From Candidatus Latescibacterota bacterium (lineage in GTDB: Bacteria; Latescibacterota; UBA2968; GCA-2709665), in the NCBI GenBank assembly GCA_965203805.1, contig OZ241917.1, forward strand, positions 800,001-864,000: a stretch of 64,000 nt of DNA. Direction: 5' to 3'. The translations under genes were made by a program, and so were the position numbers. Positions 1-10,408 of the stretch are shown here, one piece after another; position 1 is the stretch's first letter, and each line of letters begins with the position of its first letter. The notes under the pieces were generated by a model that had not been told where the DNA came from, ran no database searches, and worked only from the letters and a program-made list of their open reading frames with translations.

Positions 1-84
1 TCTCCCGATATGTCCAGGCACTACGCGCTGGGGAGCGACTCCAGCCTGAAGCGCCACAATCGGGCGTTTATCGAAAAGCTTTGA
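1..84 (+). CDS. 3' end of an upstream gene (partial; product unknown)
   Basis: Frame 1 is open from the window edge to TGA at 82-84 (…SSLKRHNRAFIEKL*), in the same orientation as the next gene. Confidence 0.45.
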   Translation, partial: SPDMSRHYALGSDSSLKRHNRAFIEKL

Positions 85-161
85 GGCAACCCCGCGGCCG
101 CGCCTGATCGTCAATTGTACGTTCGACCGGAAGTTGCCAGTGCCACGGAGCGTTCAAGCCG

Positions 162-1766
162 ATGCCATCCTGTGCGGAGGCCATTGCCGAATCCCTGCAC
201 GAAGAAAAGGTCCGGTACGTTTTCGGTCATCCCGGCGGGGAGATCGTGGATCTGATCGACGCGCTGGAGAATGCCGGTATCCGATTCGTACTGACGGGGC
301 ACGAGGCAGCGGCCGCCTTCATGGCCAGCGCGACGGGGCGGCTTACGGGGACGCCGGGCGTGTGCCTGGCGACGCTTGGACCGGGCGCATGCAATCTGGT
401 GCTGGGCGTCGGCGCCGCCTATCTCGACCGGGATCCGATGCTGGCCGTTTCCGCGCGCAGCCCGGCATCGCGGGCCGGGGTCAGCCAGAAACAGAATCTG
501 TCTCTTCACGAGGTGTTCGATCCCGTCTGCAAATGGTCCGTAGCCCTTGAAGAGAGCGGCGTTGAAGCCACCGTGCGGTCCGCTATGGGGCTTGCTGCTG
601 CGGCGCCGGCCGGCCCGGTGTACCTCACGATTCCCAATGACGTCGCCGTGGCCGACGCGTCACCGGCCGGGGGGGTGCGTGCGCCCGAACGCCCGGAATG
701 CGCGCGCGCCGGTGATCCCGATACAATCTTAAAGGCGCTGAATCGGGCGAAACGCCCCGTCGGCGTTGTCGGCGTCGCGTTGAACGTCCGGCAGGATTCC
801 GCCGCAGTGCGTCGGTTTTTCGCAACGTCACGCATTCCGTATGTGGTCCTGCCGCAGGCCAAGGGCGTCGCGGACGAATTCAGCGCGGGATATCTGGGTA
901 CGGTGGCGTCGGCCGCGGGAGACGCCGCCCTTGTGAAGCTGATCCGGAGAAGCGATTGCCTGCTGGGCGTGGGCTTCGACCCCGTCGAGTCGGCCCAGGA
1001 ATGGCATCTGCGCCAACCGGTCTACTCCGTGGCCAACGCCCCGATTGCCTTCGGCGACTTCGCGCCGGAGCGCGAGTGCGTGGGCGACGTCACAACCCTG
1101 CTCAACCGGCTGCTGGAGGGGTATGACGGACGACCGACCTGGACGGCGGATGATATCCGCGAATCCCGGAACGCGGTCGCGCATGCGATCTGTCCCGGCG
1201 CGGGCGCCACACCCAGAGGCGCATCCCCTTACCATCTGCTGCGTGAACTGTACGAGACGATGCCCGGGGAGACGATTCTGTCGGTGGACGTCGGCGCTCA
1301 CAAGATGCTGATTTCGCAGGTGTGGCGGGCGCGTTCCCCGGGGACGTTTCTAACGTCAAACGGCCTGTCCGCGATGGGCTACGGACTGCCGTCGGCACTG
1401 GCGGCGGCGCTGATCCGGCCGGGCCGGCCGGTGGCGGGCGTGTTTGGCGACGCCGGATTCGCGATGATGGTCCAGGAGTTGGAAACGGCGCGCAGGCTGG
1501 ATGTGCGCCCGTTACTGGTGGTGCTGTGCGACCGGTCTCTGGCCATCGTCAAGGTCGCGCAGGCCATGCGCCGCATTCCCTTCAGGGGCGTCGACTTCCA
1601 ACCGGTGGACTGGGCGAGGGTCGCCGACGGCTTCGGCGCCAGAGGCGTAAACGTGACGAGCCCGGAGGAAATGCGAAGGGCGGGGGAGGAGTGGCTGGCA
1701 AAGCCGGAACTGACGGTTGTGGCCGCCCGCGTGGACGAGGGATTATACACCGCGATGGAATATTAA
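162..1766 (+). CDS. Thiamine pyrophosphate-dependent enzyme (acetolactate synthase large subunit-like family)
   Basis: N-terminal VFGHPGG and HEAAAAFMA, ATLGPGACN, SAMGYGLPSA, and the TPP-binding GDAGF motif; 534 aa. Confidence 0.9.
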   Translation: MPSCAEAIAESLHEEKVRYVFGHPGGEIVDLIDALENAGIRFVLTGHEAAAAFMASATGRLTGTPGVCLATLGPGACNLVLGVGAAYLDRDPMLAVSARSPASRAGVSQKQNLSLHEVFDPVCKWSVALEESGVEATVRSAMGLAAAAPAGPVYLTIPNDVAVADASPAGGVRAPERPECARAGDPDTILKALNRAKRPVGVVGVALNVRQDSAAVRRFFATSRIPYVVLPQAKGVADEFSAGYLGTVASAAGDAALVKLIRRSDCLLGVGFDPVESAQEWHLRQPVYSVANAPIAFGDFAPERECVGDVTTLLNRLLEGYDGRPTWTADDIRESRNAVAHAICPGAGATPRGASPYHLLRELYETMPGETILSVDVGAHKMLISQVWRARSPGTFLTSNGLSAMGYGLPSALAAALIRPGRPVAGVFGDAGFAMMVQELETARRLDVRPLLVVLCDRSLAIVKVAQAMRRIPFRGVDFQPVDWARVADGFGARGVNVTSPEEMRRAGEEWLAKPELTVVAARVDEGLYTAMEY

Positions 1767-2016
1767 TCGGGATACGTCGTTTTTCGGGAATGTTAAACCG
1801 AATATATGCAAGTTAATAGAGGCGATTTGACGTCGGATTTCCAGGAACCTTCAGGTCACTGGACGTGATCGGAAATGGTGTCCTTCCGGACGACCTTTTC
1901 GGCCCGTTTCGGAAGTTTTCGTCGCGGCGGCACGTTGCTGTTTCTGTGGAATTAAGGGCTACGTCAGGCGGCGTTTTCGGCCCCGGACGAACCAGGATGT
2001 GAACGGGAGGCAACCC

Positions 2017-3354
2017 ATGGGTGTACCCGAACACACGACATATCTCATTATAGGCGCGGGTGTGCACGGTTTGAGCACCGGCTATCACCTGGCGCGGGAA
2101 TTGAAAAGGCGGCGCAGAGGCGGCGGAGCCGAGGTGCTGATCGTAGACAAGACGGGGGTGGCCGCGGGCGCTTCCGGCATCGCCTGCGGCGTGATCCGCA
2201 ACAACTACTTCCAGCCGGCCATGCGCGAACTGATGGCGCACAGCGTCGATATATGGGAGTCCGATCCGGAAGCGTTCAGTTACCACCCGGTCGGCTACAT
2301 GCAGATCAGCCCCGAGTCCATGCACGAGGACGTCGCCGGCATCGCGCAGCAGCAGCGCGAGATCGGTTACGAATCGGAGTTTATAGAAGGCGGCGCAGAC
2401 TGTCAGAAATATATGAGGGGTCTCTTTCACGACTGGCAGGCGAAGGGCGTCACGTCCGTACTTCACGAGAAGAGAGGGGGTTACGCGAACAATCGTGCGT
2501 CGATGACGGGCCTGGCCGCAAAGGCCGAAACCGAAGGCGTCAGGATTCTGGAAGGCGTCCAGGTGACCGGATTCCGGTTCGGCGGAGGGACGATTTCCGC
2601 GGTGGAAACGGATTGCGGCGTGGTCCGGGCAGACGAGATCGTCATCGCCGTGGGGCCATGGACAAAACTGCTCTGGGACATGCTGGATCTGCCCGGATCG
2701 GTGAGCATCAAGGGCGCGGACGGGGCCCTTCACCACAAGATCCCGATGTGGAGCTACTGGTGTCTGCAGGAAGGCACATTGGGCGTAGACCCCCACTATC
2801 TCAAGACCAACGACGGGAGGATGCCGCCCGTAATCCATCTGGACACGGACGCGCCGCTGCATTCAGATGTCGACGGTTCGCTGATTACGGACCGCGAATG
2901 GGGCATCTACTACAAACCGGATTTCCATTTCGGGGGAGTACAGGGGGGGGCAATGCCCTACCGCGTTGAGAAACCGGCTGACGAGGTGGCGGTGGATCCC
3001 TACGGCCCGGAATCCCCCGATTTCATCGTAGGCGACCGGTTTGCGCATCAGTGGTGTTCCGCCCTGGCATTTTGCCATAAACGGTTTGAAGGAAAGTCCA
3101 CGCTCTTCAAGAAAGAACCATCCGGCGGCATCGGCGCGTTCACACCCGACAGTTTCCCGGTGTTCGACCGGTTTCACGGGAACGGCTATATAATCGCGGA
3201 TTCCAACCACGGGTACAAGATGATCGGCGTCGGCAGGCTGGTCGCCGAGGAACTCGTGGGCGGACGCTCCCGCCTCCTGGAGCCGTTCCGCTTCTCACGT
3301 TACGCCGAGGGCAGGCTGCATCCGGTTTCCAGCAGCCCGTTTCCCTGGAGCTGA
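2017..3354 (+). CDS. FAD-dependent amine oxidoreductase (DAO / sarcosine oxidase beta-like)
   Basis: Rossmann GAGVHG motif, GASGIACG, and C-terminal FTPDSFP…NHGYKM. ATG at 2017 has a GGGAGG RBS upstream. Confidence 0.85.
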   Translation: MGVPEHTTYLIIGAGVHGLSTGYHLARELKRRRRGGGAEVLIVDKTGVAAGASGIACGVIRNNYFQPAMRELMAHSVDIWESDPEAFSYHPVGYMQISPESMHEDVAGIAQQQREIGYESEFIEGGADCQKYMRGLFHDWQAKGVTSVLHEKRGGYANNRASMTGLAAKAETEGVRILEGVQVTGFRFGGGTISAVETDCGVVRADEIVIAVGPWTKLLWDMLDLPGSVSIKGADGALHHKIPMWSYWCLQEGTLGVDPHYLKTNDGRMPPVIHLDTDAPLHSDVDGSLITDREWGIYYKPDFHFGGVQGGAMPYRVEKPADEVAVDPYGPESPDFIVGDRFAHQWCSALAFCHKRFEGKSTLFKKEPSGGIGAFTPDSFPVFDRFHGNGYIIADSNHGYKMIGVGRLVAEELVGGRSRLLEPFRFSRYAEGRLHPVSSSPFPWS

Positions 3355-3424
3355 CCACCGACCGCGTGGGTGCCGGAAGGAAGTCCCGGGATACAGTCCG
3401 GGAACGCAGACGGAGCATGCACCG

Positions 3425-4672
3425 ATGGTAGAACCCGACGTCCGGCGGCACATGCGGGTCCGGCATACGGACTGGGGCGACGCTGTGCGCATCGATCTCA
3501 ACCAACTCGGCGCGCGGCTGCCCGCGCAGGGGGCGCCCGGCGCGACATGGTCGGAAGCAACCGGCGAGTCGTTGCTGGACGAATGGGCCGAAGCCCAGAA
3601 CGAAGCGCTGTGCGACACGATGGCGGACGTCGCCGCCTGCTCCGGAGGAGGCTTCGATTCGTTCGCTGAGTGGACGGTGCTGCACAACAGGCGGTACGAC
3701 GGCGCCCACATGCGCGAATTGCGGCGGAGACGGTTCCCCCAGGGCTACCGTGCCGCGATCACGACGCTCGGATGGGCGCATCCGGGAACCCCCCTTTCCA
3801 TGTCCATTCAGGCCGTGGCTTACGTGCCGAAAACCGGTGCTGGTTTCAAACAGGCCGTGTGGCGGCCTGAGTCGCTTTACGATACCGAATTCATGGCGCT
3901 CGCGCCCGCCGTGGTGACGGATTTCGGGGGAGGCCGGCAGATCCATCTGTCGGGCGTTGTCGCGTGGGACGAGCGGATTAATCCGCTCTTCGAAGGGCAG
4001 CCGGAGCGTCAGATCTCCCACGTATTCGACCTCATCCAGGACGTTTTCAGCGAATGCGGCGGATCCCTGGGGGACGTTGTGAGGCTGCGTCCATTCGCCC
4101 ACTCTTCGGAGATCGCGCGGATCATCCGGGCGGAAGTCAGCCGCCGGTGGGGGGGGCGTCCGAAGCCCGTGGTCATGATGTCGGACAGCCGGCATTTTGG
4201 CGACCCGCCCAGCCTGTATGCGGAAATACAGGTTCTGGGCGTGATGTCGGACGGCCAGTGTGGAGTACGACACCGGGAAGCGGAACTCCCCCGCGGGACG
4301 ATTGACGAAGACGCAACCCGCATCCGCTGCAGCCGCGCGCGTGAATGGGAAATGGTCCATGTGGGTGAATTACGCGGGCGCCCTGCCTCCGGTTGGAAGC
4401 GGGAGGCGGAGCAGGTCGCCGGGCAGATCAGCTCGGTTCTCGAACGGATGTCGCTCACACCGGACGACGTCTGTCTGACACTTGCCTATGTGAGTTCACC
4501 CGAAGCCGCCGCGGCCTTCCCGGAAACGGTGACCGGGGCGGTACCTGTAGAAACCGTGCACGTGCTGCCGTGTCCGGCAATGCCCGAATTGGACGGCCGC
4601 TGCATCAAGGTGGAGATGACGGCCCGAAGACGTCTGGATCCGGCCTCCCGGTCGCGCGCCGGGCCCGCCTGA
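3425..4672 (+). CDS. Protein with tandem Rid/YjgF-like domains
   Basis: The central domain QIHLSGVVA…QISHVFDLIQDVFSECGGSLGDVVRLRPF…AEIQVLG is Rid-like. The flanking segments end in similar motifs (MSIQAVAY, KVEMTAR). Confidence 0.6.
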   Translation: MVEPDVRRHMRVRHTDWGDAVRIDLNQLGARLPAQGAPGATWSEATGESLLDEWAEAQNEALCDTMADVAACSGGGFDSFAEWTVLHNRRYDGAHMRELRRRRFPQGYRAAITTLGWAHPGTPLSMSIQAVAYVPKTGAGFKQAVWRPESLYDTEFMALAPAVVTDFGGGRQIHLSGVVAWDERINPLFEGQPERQISHVFDLIQDVFSECGGSLGDVVRLRPFAHSSEIARIIRAEVSRRWGGRPKPVVMMSDSRHFGDPPSLYAEIQVLGVMSDGQCGVRHREAELPRGTIDEDATRIRCSRAREWEMVHVGELRGRPASGWKREAEQVAGQISSVLERMSLTPDDVCLTLAYVSSPEAAAAFPETVTGAVPVETVHVLPCPAMPELDGRCIKVEMTARRRLDPASRSRAGPA

Positions 4673-4788
4673 CGGGATGGCCGGTGAATGGTCGTTCTGC
4701 GCATGTTGCACGCGGGCCCTCGCGGGAACGATTCTCACCGCAGAAATGTCTAATGCATAGAGCGCAGTTTTTCATGATGGGGCTGGAA

Positions 4789-5679
4789 ATGCGTATATCG
4801 GCAACGGGATTGACAAAAGTCTATCCGAAGGGGACCGTACCCGCGCTGGACAACGTCGACCTGGAAGTCGGACGGGGGACGTTCGGTCTGTTGGGCCCGA
4901 ACGGTGCGGGAAAAACCACGCTGATCAAGGTTCTTTCAACACAGATGGCGCCAACGGCCGGTCACGTCAGGATCGGCGCCTGGGACCTGCAGAGAAACCG
5001 TTCCGAAGTGCGGCGGCGGCTGGGTTACCTTCCCCAGCACTTCGGAGCATATCCGCAACTGACGGCGTGGGAGTTTCTGGACTATATGGACCGGCTGGCA
5101 GCCGGGCGACGTCGGACCGGGCGGAGGGCGCGGGTGCGCGATGCGCTTGAAAACGTGGGGCTGTACGACGCGCGGGACCGACGGACCGGCGCCTTTTCCG
5201 GTGGAATGATGCGACGCCTCGGGATTGCTCAGGCCATTGTCGGCGATCCGGAAATCCTGATTGTGGACGAGCCCACCGTGGGTCTCGATCCGGAAGAACG
5301 CATCCGTTTTCGTGGGATTCTCGCGCGGCTGAGTCGGGACAGGACGATCCTGATTTCCACTCATATCGTAGGCGATATTTCGAGCACCTGCGATGACCTG
5401 GCGGTGCTGAATGAAGGGCGGATTATCTACAGGGGATCGCCCGATGCCCTGGTCGCTCGCGCGAATGACAAGACCTGGCGGGTACAGGCGGACGACGCGG
5501 AGTTCGACACGATATCCCGGCGATTTCTTGTTGTGACGGTCGCAGTGGACGGCGGACGAATGGACCTCCGGTTCGTGGGCGACGGCCAGCCGCCCGCCCA
5601 CGCCGAACCGGTACCGCCAAACCTCGAAGACGCATACGTGTATTTTATGGGCAGGGAGAGTCAGGAAAAGGCAGCCTAG
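4789..5679 (+). CDS. ABC transporter ATP-binding protein (ABC-2 / exporter type)
   Basis: Walker A GPNGAGKT, signature FSGGM, Walker B LIVDEPT and H-loop STH. The start was chosen at MRISATGLTKVY. Confidence 0.92.
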   Translation: MRISATGLTKVYPKGTVPALDNVDLEVGRGTFGLLGPNGAGKTTLIKVLSTQMAPTAGHVRIGAWDLQRNRSEVRRRLGYLPQHFGAYPQLTAWEFLDYMDRLAAGRRRTGRRARVRDALENVGLYDARDRRTGAFSGGMMRRLGIAQAIVGDPEILIVDEPTVGLDPEERIRFRGILARLSRDRTILISTHIVGDISSTCDDLAVLNEGRIIYRGSPDALVARANDKTWRVQADDAEFDTISRRFLVVTVAVDGGRMDLRFVGDGQPPAHAEPVPPNLEDAYVYFMGRESQEKAA

Positions 5680-5682
5680 GCC

Positions 5683-8600
5683 ATGGAAACGGTTTATACC
5701 GTATTGTCGGTCGCAAGATACGAGCGCAAGATGCTGATGCGGACGATCCGATTCCGGATCCTGGGCGGAATCGGCGTGCTCATTCCCGTTGCTCTGGGCG
5801 TCGGCCTGGCGATCGCGGAATCCAGAGGCATCGCATTCGAGTCTGTCAGCGGCATCGGCGCCTATATGCCCTTTTTCGTCTACAGTCTGCTGCAGACCGT
5901 CGTGATCGCGTTTATCGTTGGAGATTTCCGCGCCTCGGACGAGCGCGCCGGAATCTACGAAGTGGTTGCGGCCCGGCCGCTTTCTACGGCCGAACTGGTC
6001 ATGGGCAAATACCTGGGGGTCCTGGGGGCGCTGATTACGCTGAGCCTGGTCGTTCTGGTGCTCAGCCTGGCAGTGCAGGCGGCCAAGATCAGCGTTACCG
6101 GCGCGCCGTTTGCGATCCGACCTTATCTGACGTACCTGCTGCTGCTGAACCTCCCCGGGCTGGTCTATATGTCCGCTCTTACGTTTTTTTTCGGGGCGGT
6201 ATTTCGCCGGCAGGCCGCAGTGACCGTGCTGACCATCGCTTACGTCCTTATCGTTCTGCTGTTTCTTGGAAGGCGATACGGCGGTATCTACGATTTCGGC
6301 GCATTCTTCGCCCCGGTGTTCTACTCGGATATGCTCGGCCTCGGCGATATCCGGCGGGTGGTGGAGATCCGGGGCTTCTACACGTTTCTTGCCCTGTTTT
6401 TCTTTGGTTTGTCTATAGACCGGTATCCGCGGCTTCCTCAGTCCCGGGCCTGGCGCAGATTCGGTCGATGCCTGACCGCCGGCGGTTTCGTCGCCGCGGT
6501 GTGCCTGTACGCGTATATGGAAAGACGGGACTCGTCAGACCTCGCCTACCGGATGGCGCAACTGGAAGTCCAGGAAGGAATCGCCGGTCAGCCAATGTCG
6601 GCCGTTACGCATTATGCGCTCGACCTGGACCTCGCGAATGGCCGTACGCCACTGCGGGGCAGGGCGGTTCTCAGCGTTTCGAACCCTCACCCCGTAACGC
6701 TCGACACCCTCGTTTTCAGTCTCAACCCCGGGTTGGAATTGCAATCGGTGAATGCAGTTGCGGAGAAGGACGTCGATATCAGCTGGCAGCGTGAGTATTC
6801 TGTCGTGAGAATCGCGCGTCCGCTTAAGCCCGACAGTCTGGTGACGTTGGCGTTCGTTTACGACGGCTCGATCGACCTCAGCGGATTCGATCTGAGGCGA
6901 CATCCGGAAGCAAGACGCCTGCAGAAGCGGCGAACGGGGCCGGGAAGGAAAGGGGACCTGACCGCCTGGATCCGCCGGAACTCCGTATTCCTGCCGCCAC
7001 GCAGCAGGTGGTATCCCTCGCCGGGCGTGGACTACGGTCATCAGGATGGCCGCCCCCAGTCCTTCGCCACCGCAGATCTGGATATTGCGCTTCCCGCGGG
7101 ACTGGAAGTCGTGACCCAGGGTGTGCCGGTGGGCCGGAAGAAAGAGGGCGGCCGCGAGACTCATACTTGGAAAGTGGAACGCCCCGTACCCGTTCTTTCG
7201 CTCAACGCGGGCGTGTACCATGTCTTTCAGGCCGAAATCCACAATATCCAATGCGCCATATACGTACATCCGGCCCACGCCAGGCAGGTTACCTTCTTCC
7301 ACGACGCGAGGGACGACGCATTGAAAACGCTGGGCGAGATCCTGGATAGCGTTGAACAGGAAACCAGCCTGGCCTATCCGTACCAACGCCTGTCGGTTGT
7401 GGAGGTGCCATTCCAGGTACAGTGGTATTACGACGGATGGGAGGAGGCTGGCGGACTGGTGCAGCCCGGCGTGCTGATGCTGGAAGAGGACGTCCTGATG
7501 CGGCTGAATCTGCAACGCCGTCTGAAGTGGATGCAGCGGCGACAGCGGCGTAACGACGACCCTGCCAGAATCAAGCGGGACCTGCTGGTCAGGACGGTGC
7601 TGAACACGTTTCTCGCGCGGGAATCGACTCAAAGCGGCATCTACAGGAGTCCGGTGGCGCAACTCTGGTCGTTCAACCGGGGATTCGAAGGCGAACACTA
7701 TTCCCTGCTCAAACGCGGCATGCCAGTCTATATGCAGCAGAATCTCGGGACCACAATGCAACAGAGCTTCTACTCGAGGCGGGGACGGTTTCGAGGCCGG
7801 TTCCGGCGGAACAGGAGCGCGCGCGGCGTTTCCTGGGATACCGTAACGGCCAGGATGCGGCAGCGTTCTTTTGCGGAACTCGACCCGACTGCCGACGCGG
7901 AACTCTACCGGGCGGTCGTCGACGCCAAGGGCGCCTCCATGTTCGGAATGATGCAGGCCGTGGTGGGCGAAGATGCATTCAGAGACGTGGTCAGCGGATT
8001 CGAGGAGGCGAGCCGGCACGCGGGAGTCGACTTTGCGTCGTTTGAGCGCGCGGCTGTCGGCGATTCGTCGAGGCAGGCGGAACGGCCCAGCCTGAATCGA
8101 CTCGTCCGGGACTGGCTTCACGGCACCCAGGTTCCGGGCTACACCCTGACAAGGGCAAAAGCATATAAGGTGGACGACGGATGGGGCATGATGACGTATC
8201 AGGTCATCGTGCGTATCCGGAACGGCGAGCCGGGGCGCGGATTTGTCCAGATTCGAGCCATGGGGACCGAAGACGAGGCTGTCAAGGGCGTTGAGATCGA
8301 GGGCGGACAGGAGGTTGAGGTGGGACTGATCCTCTGGGAAAGGCCTTTGAGGATAAGCGTCGAGCCGTTCTTTGCTCGCAACCGCCGGGTCCTGATGGCG
8401 CCGTTACGCATACCCGAGCAACCAATGGAAGGATCGGCCGCGACCTATGTAAGGGAGGTCGCGCCGGACGAGACCGGATTGACCGAGATTATTGTGGACA
8501 ACGATGACGAAGGCTTCGAAATGCCGGTCCGCAGGGTGCGGCGCTATCTCCGTCCGCAGTTGAAAGGCGACAACTGGCAGGAACGCCAGATGCCGTTCTC

Positions 8601-9054
8601 TTTCGGCAGGTACGAAAACAACTACAGGTGGAAGAAACCGGGCGACGGCGCGCAACCGGCCGTCTGGACGGCCCGATTACCGCACAGCGGGGATTACGAC
8701 GTCTACTACTATTTCCTTCATCCCAGGTTCTCCAGGCGCATGCGTATGGCGTCGGAATTCAGTCTGGCCGTCTGTTACGGCGACGAGGTGGATACGCTGG
8801 CGGTCGAATCGAACAACCTGAAGGCCGGCTGGAACGTCTTGGGACGATACCGGTTCGAGGGCGGAGAACTGGCCCGGGTCGAGTTGTCCGACCGCGCCAA
8901 CGGCCGCCTTTACGCCGACGCGGTGCGCTGGCGATACGTGGATCCCGACCATCCGGAAGAGGTGTACGAAGAGGATCTGCCGACCTGGATTTTCGGTCAC
9001 GGCGGCCGGGGCGGTCGAGGCGGCGGCGGATCGCGGCGTGGGAGAAGCTGGTAA
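5683..9054 (+). CDS. ABC-2 permease fused to an M1-aminopeptidase-like fold (no HExxH) and a C-terminal golvesin/xanthan-lyase-CBM-like beta-sandwich
   Basis: About 7 N-terminal TM helices; M1-like segments (HYALDLDL, YPYQRLSVVEVP, KGASMFGMMQAVVGEDAF); C-terminal IIVDNDDEGF…GWNVLGRY…YADAVRW. Confidence 0.75.
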   Translation: METVYTVLSVARYERKMLMRTIRFRILGGIGVLIPVALGVGLAIAESRGIAFESVSGIGAYMPFFVYSLLQTVVIAFIVGDFRASDERAGIYEVVAARPLSTAELVMGKYLGVLGALITLSLVVLVLSLAVQAAKISVTGAPFAIRPYLTYLLLLNLPGLVYMSALTFFFGAVFRRQAAVTVLTIAYVLIVLLFLGRRYGGIYDFGAFFAPVFYSDMLGLGDIRRVVEIRGFYTFLALFFFGLSIDRYPRLPQSRAWRRFGRCLTAGGFVAAVCLYAYMERRDSSDLAYRMAQLEVQEGIAGQPMSAVTHYALDLDLANGRTPLRGRAVLSVSNPHPVTLDTLVFSLNPGLELQSVNAVAEKDVDISWQREYSVVRIARPLKPDSLVTLAFVYDGSIDLSGFDLRRHPEARRLQKRRTGPGRKGDLTAWIRRNSVFLPPRSRWYPSPGVDYGHQDGRPQSFATADLDIALPAGLEVVTQGVPVGRKKEGGRETHTWKVERPVPVLSLNAGVYHVFQAEIHNIQCAIYVHPAHARQVTFFHDARDDALKTLGEILDSVEQETSLAYPYQRLSVVEVPFQVQWYYDGWEEAGGLVQPGVLMLEEDVLMRLNLQRRLKWMQRRQRRNDDPARIKRDLLVRTVLNTFLARESTQSGIYRSPVAQLWSFNRGFEGEHYSLLKRGMPVYMQQNLGTTMQQSFYSRRGRFRGRFRRNRSARGVSWDTVTARMRQRSFAELDPTADAELYRAVVDAKGASMFGMMQAVVGEDAFRDVVSGFEEASRHAGVDFASFERAAVGDSSRQAERPSLNRLVRDWLHGTQVPGYTLTRAKAYKVDDGWGMMTYQVIVRIRNGEPGRGFVQIRAMGTEDEAVKGVEIEGGQEVEVGLILWERPLRISVEPFFARNRRVLMAPLRIPEQPMEGSAATYVREVAPDETGLTEIIVDNDDEGFEMPVRRVRRYLRPQLKGDNWQERQMPFSFGRYENNYRWKKPGDGAQPAVWTARLPHSGDYDVYYYFLHPRFSRRMRMASEFSLAVCYGDEVDTLAVESNNLKAGWNVLGRYRFEGGELARVELSDRANGRLYADAVRWRYVDPDHPEEVYEEDLPTWIFGHGGRGGRGGGGSRRGRSW

Positions 9055-9098
9055 ACCGTTGGACAACGTCAGACGATAACCCTTTTGCGAGGTGCAAT

Positions 9099-10175
9099 TT
9101 GAACAGGCGATTCCTGAGCGATTACTGCATTGCATTCACGGCTGTTGTCGTTGTAGCCGGCTGCGGCGGGCAAACCGAGCAGCGGTCCGTGGACCTGACC
9201 GTCCCGGTCACCGTCCAGGCCGTTCGCCTGGACACCATGGAGGCGACTGTGGCCGCCACCGGTACGCTCCGGCCCTCCCGGGAGGCCCGCATACAGACCG
9301 AGGTCGAAGGTATTCTTCAATATGTCGCCCGGGGCGTCGGAGGACGACCGAGCGAAGGAATGCGGGTCACCCGGAACCAGGAGATTGCCCGGCTGGTGAA
9401 CAAGGAGCTTGTCGTAAACGCACGCATGGAATCCCGGCAACTCGCACGCGCCACCGCGAAACGAACGCTGCGCGAGCAGGAGGTACTCGTTGAACGAAAG
9501 CTGGGCACGGAGAGAGACCTGGACGAAGCGCGCCGCGCCCTCGCCGAGGCCGAATCCAATTACGAAGACGCGCTCGTTCAGATCGCCAAGACGACAATCA
9601 GGACGCCAATCAGCGGTTTTCTGACGGGATTGGCCGACATTACAGAGGGTACGCTGGTGGAAGCCCGAACGACCATCGCTACCGTGATGGATTACAGACA
9701 GGTGCTCGTCGATCTGAAGATTCCAAACGCCTATATCGCATCCGTTTCACCCGGCCAGGTCGTGCGAGTGGAAAACTATGCATTGCCCGGAAGGCGGTTT
9801 CTGGGAACCATCAGGGTCGTGGACCCGGCCATCGATCCGGCCACGCGTACCTTCCGGGTCGTTGGGGCCGTGAAGAATCCGAACCTGATGTTGCGTCCCG
9901 GCATGTTTGTGAAAGCCGAGATTGTCACGGAGTCTCACGAAGACGCGGTGGTGATCCCTCGCCGCTTCGTCCTGACCCGCCGGAATCGCAAAGTGGTGTT
10001 CGTGGAAGCGGAGGGGAGGGCTCAGATGCGCGACGTGGAACTGGGTTTGGAGGGCCCCGAGCAGGTCGAGATTCTGGAAGGGCTTGAAGCGGGCGAGCGC
10101 CTCATTACCAGCAATTACGAGACGCTGCGCCCCCGTACCCGTGTGCGTGTAACCGGCGTGGGCGTGCAGCAATGA
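9099..10175 (+). CDS. RND efflux periplasmic adaptor (MFP), predicted lipoprotein
   Basis: TTG start after a GAGGT RBS; lipobox VAG-C; TIRTPISG, IDPATRTF and LRPGMFV motifs typical of MFPs. Confidence 0.88.
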   Translation: MNRRFLSDYCIAFTAVVVVAGCGGQTEQRSVDLTVPVTVQAVRLDTMEATVAATGTLRPSREARIQTEVEGILQYVARGVGGRPSEGMRVTRNQEIARLVNKELVVNARMESRQLARATAKRTLREQEVLVERKLGTERDLDEARRALAEAESNYEDALVQIAKTTIRTPISGFLTGLADITEGTLVEARTTIATVMDYRQVLVDLKIPNAYIASVSPGQVVRVENYALPGRRFLGTIRVVDPAIDPATRTFRVVGAVKNPNLMLRPGMFVKAEIVTESHEDAVVIPRRFVLTRRNRKVVFVEAEGRAQMRDVELGLEGPEQVEILEGLEAGERLITSNYETLRPRTRVRVTGVGVQQ

Positions 10176-10408
10176 ATGCGAATACCGTGCGCACGTCGCC
10201 GGGAGCGCCCGTCGCAATTTTCCGGTAACGGTTCGCCGCGGACGGAACATCATTCGAAATCATCGGGTAAGTTGTCGTTTGGACCCCTCTGGGGCCCAGG
10301 GACTGCGTGTGGGCCTTCCGGAGGGTTTTTTTTGATCTTGATCCGTCCCTTCTCGGGGACGTCAATTCGAGTATATGCAAGCGGATCTCATTACTAAGGG
10401 CCGATACC

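Noticed and set aside
4393-4788. Long N-terminal extensions of ORF-track calls (also 8628-9098, 20169-20444, 30554-30802, 34183-34482)
   Set aside because: They overlap upstream genes or lack homology-like content, and downstream starts fit the family N-termini and RBS positions better.
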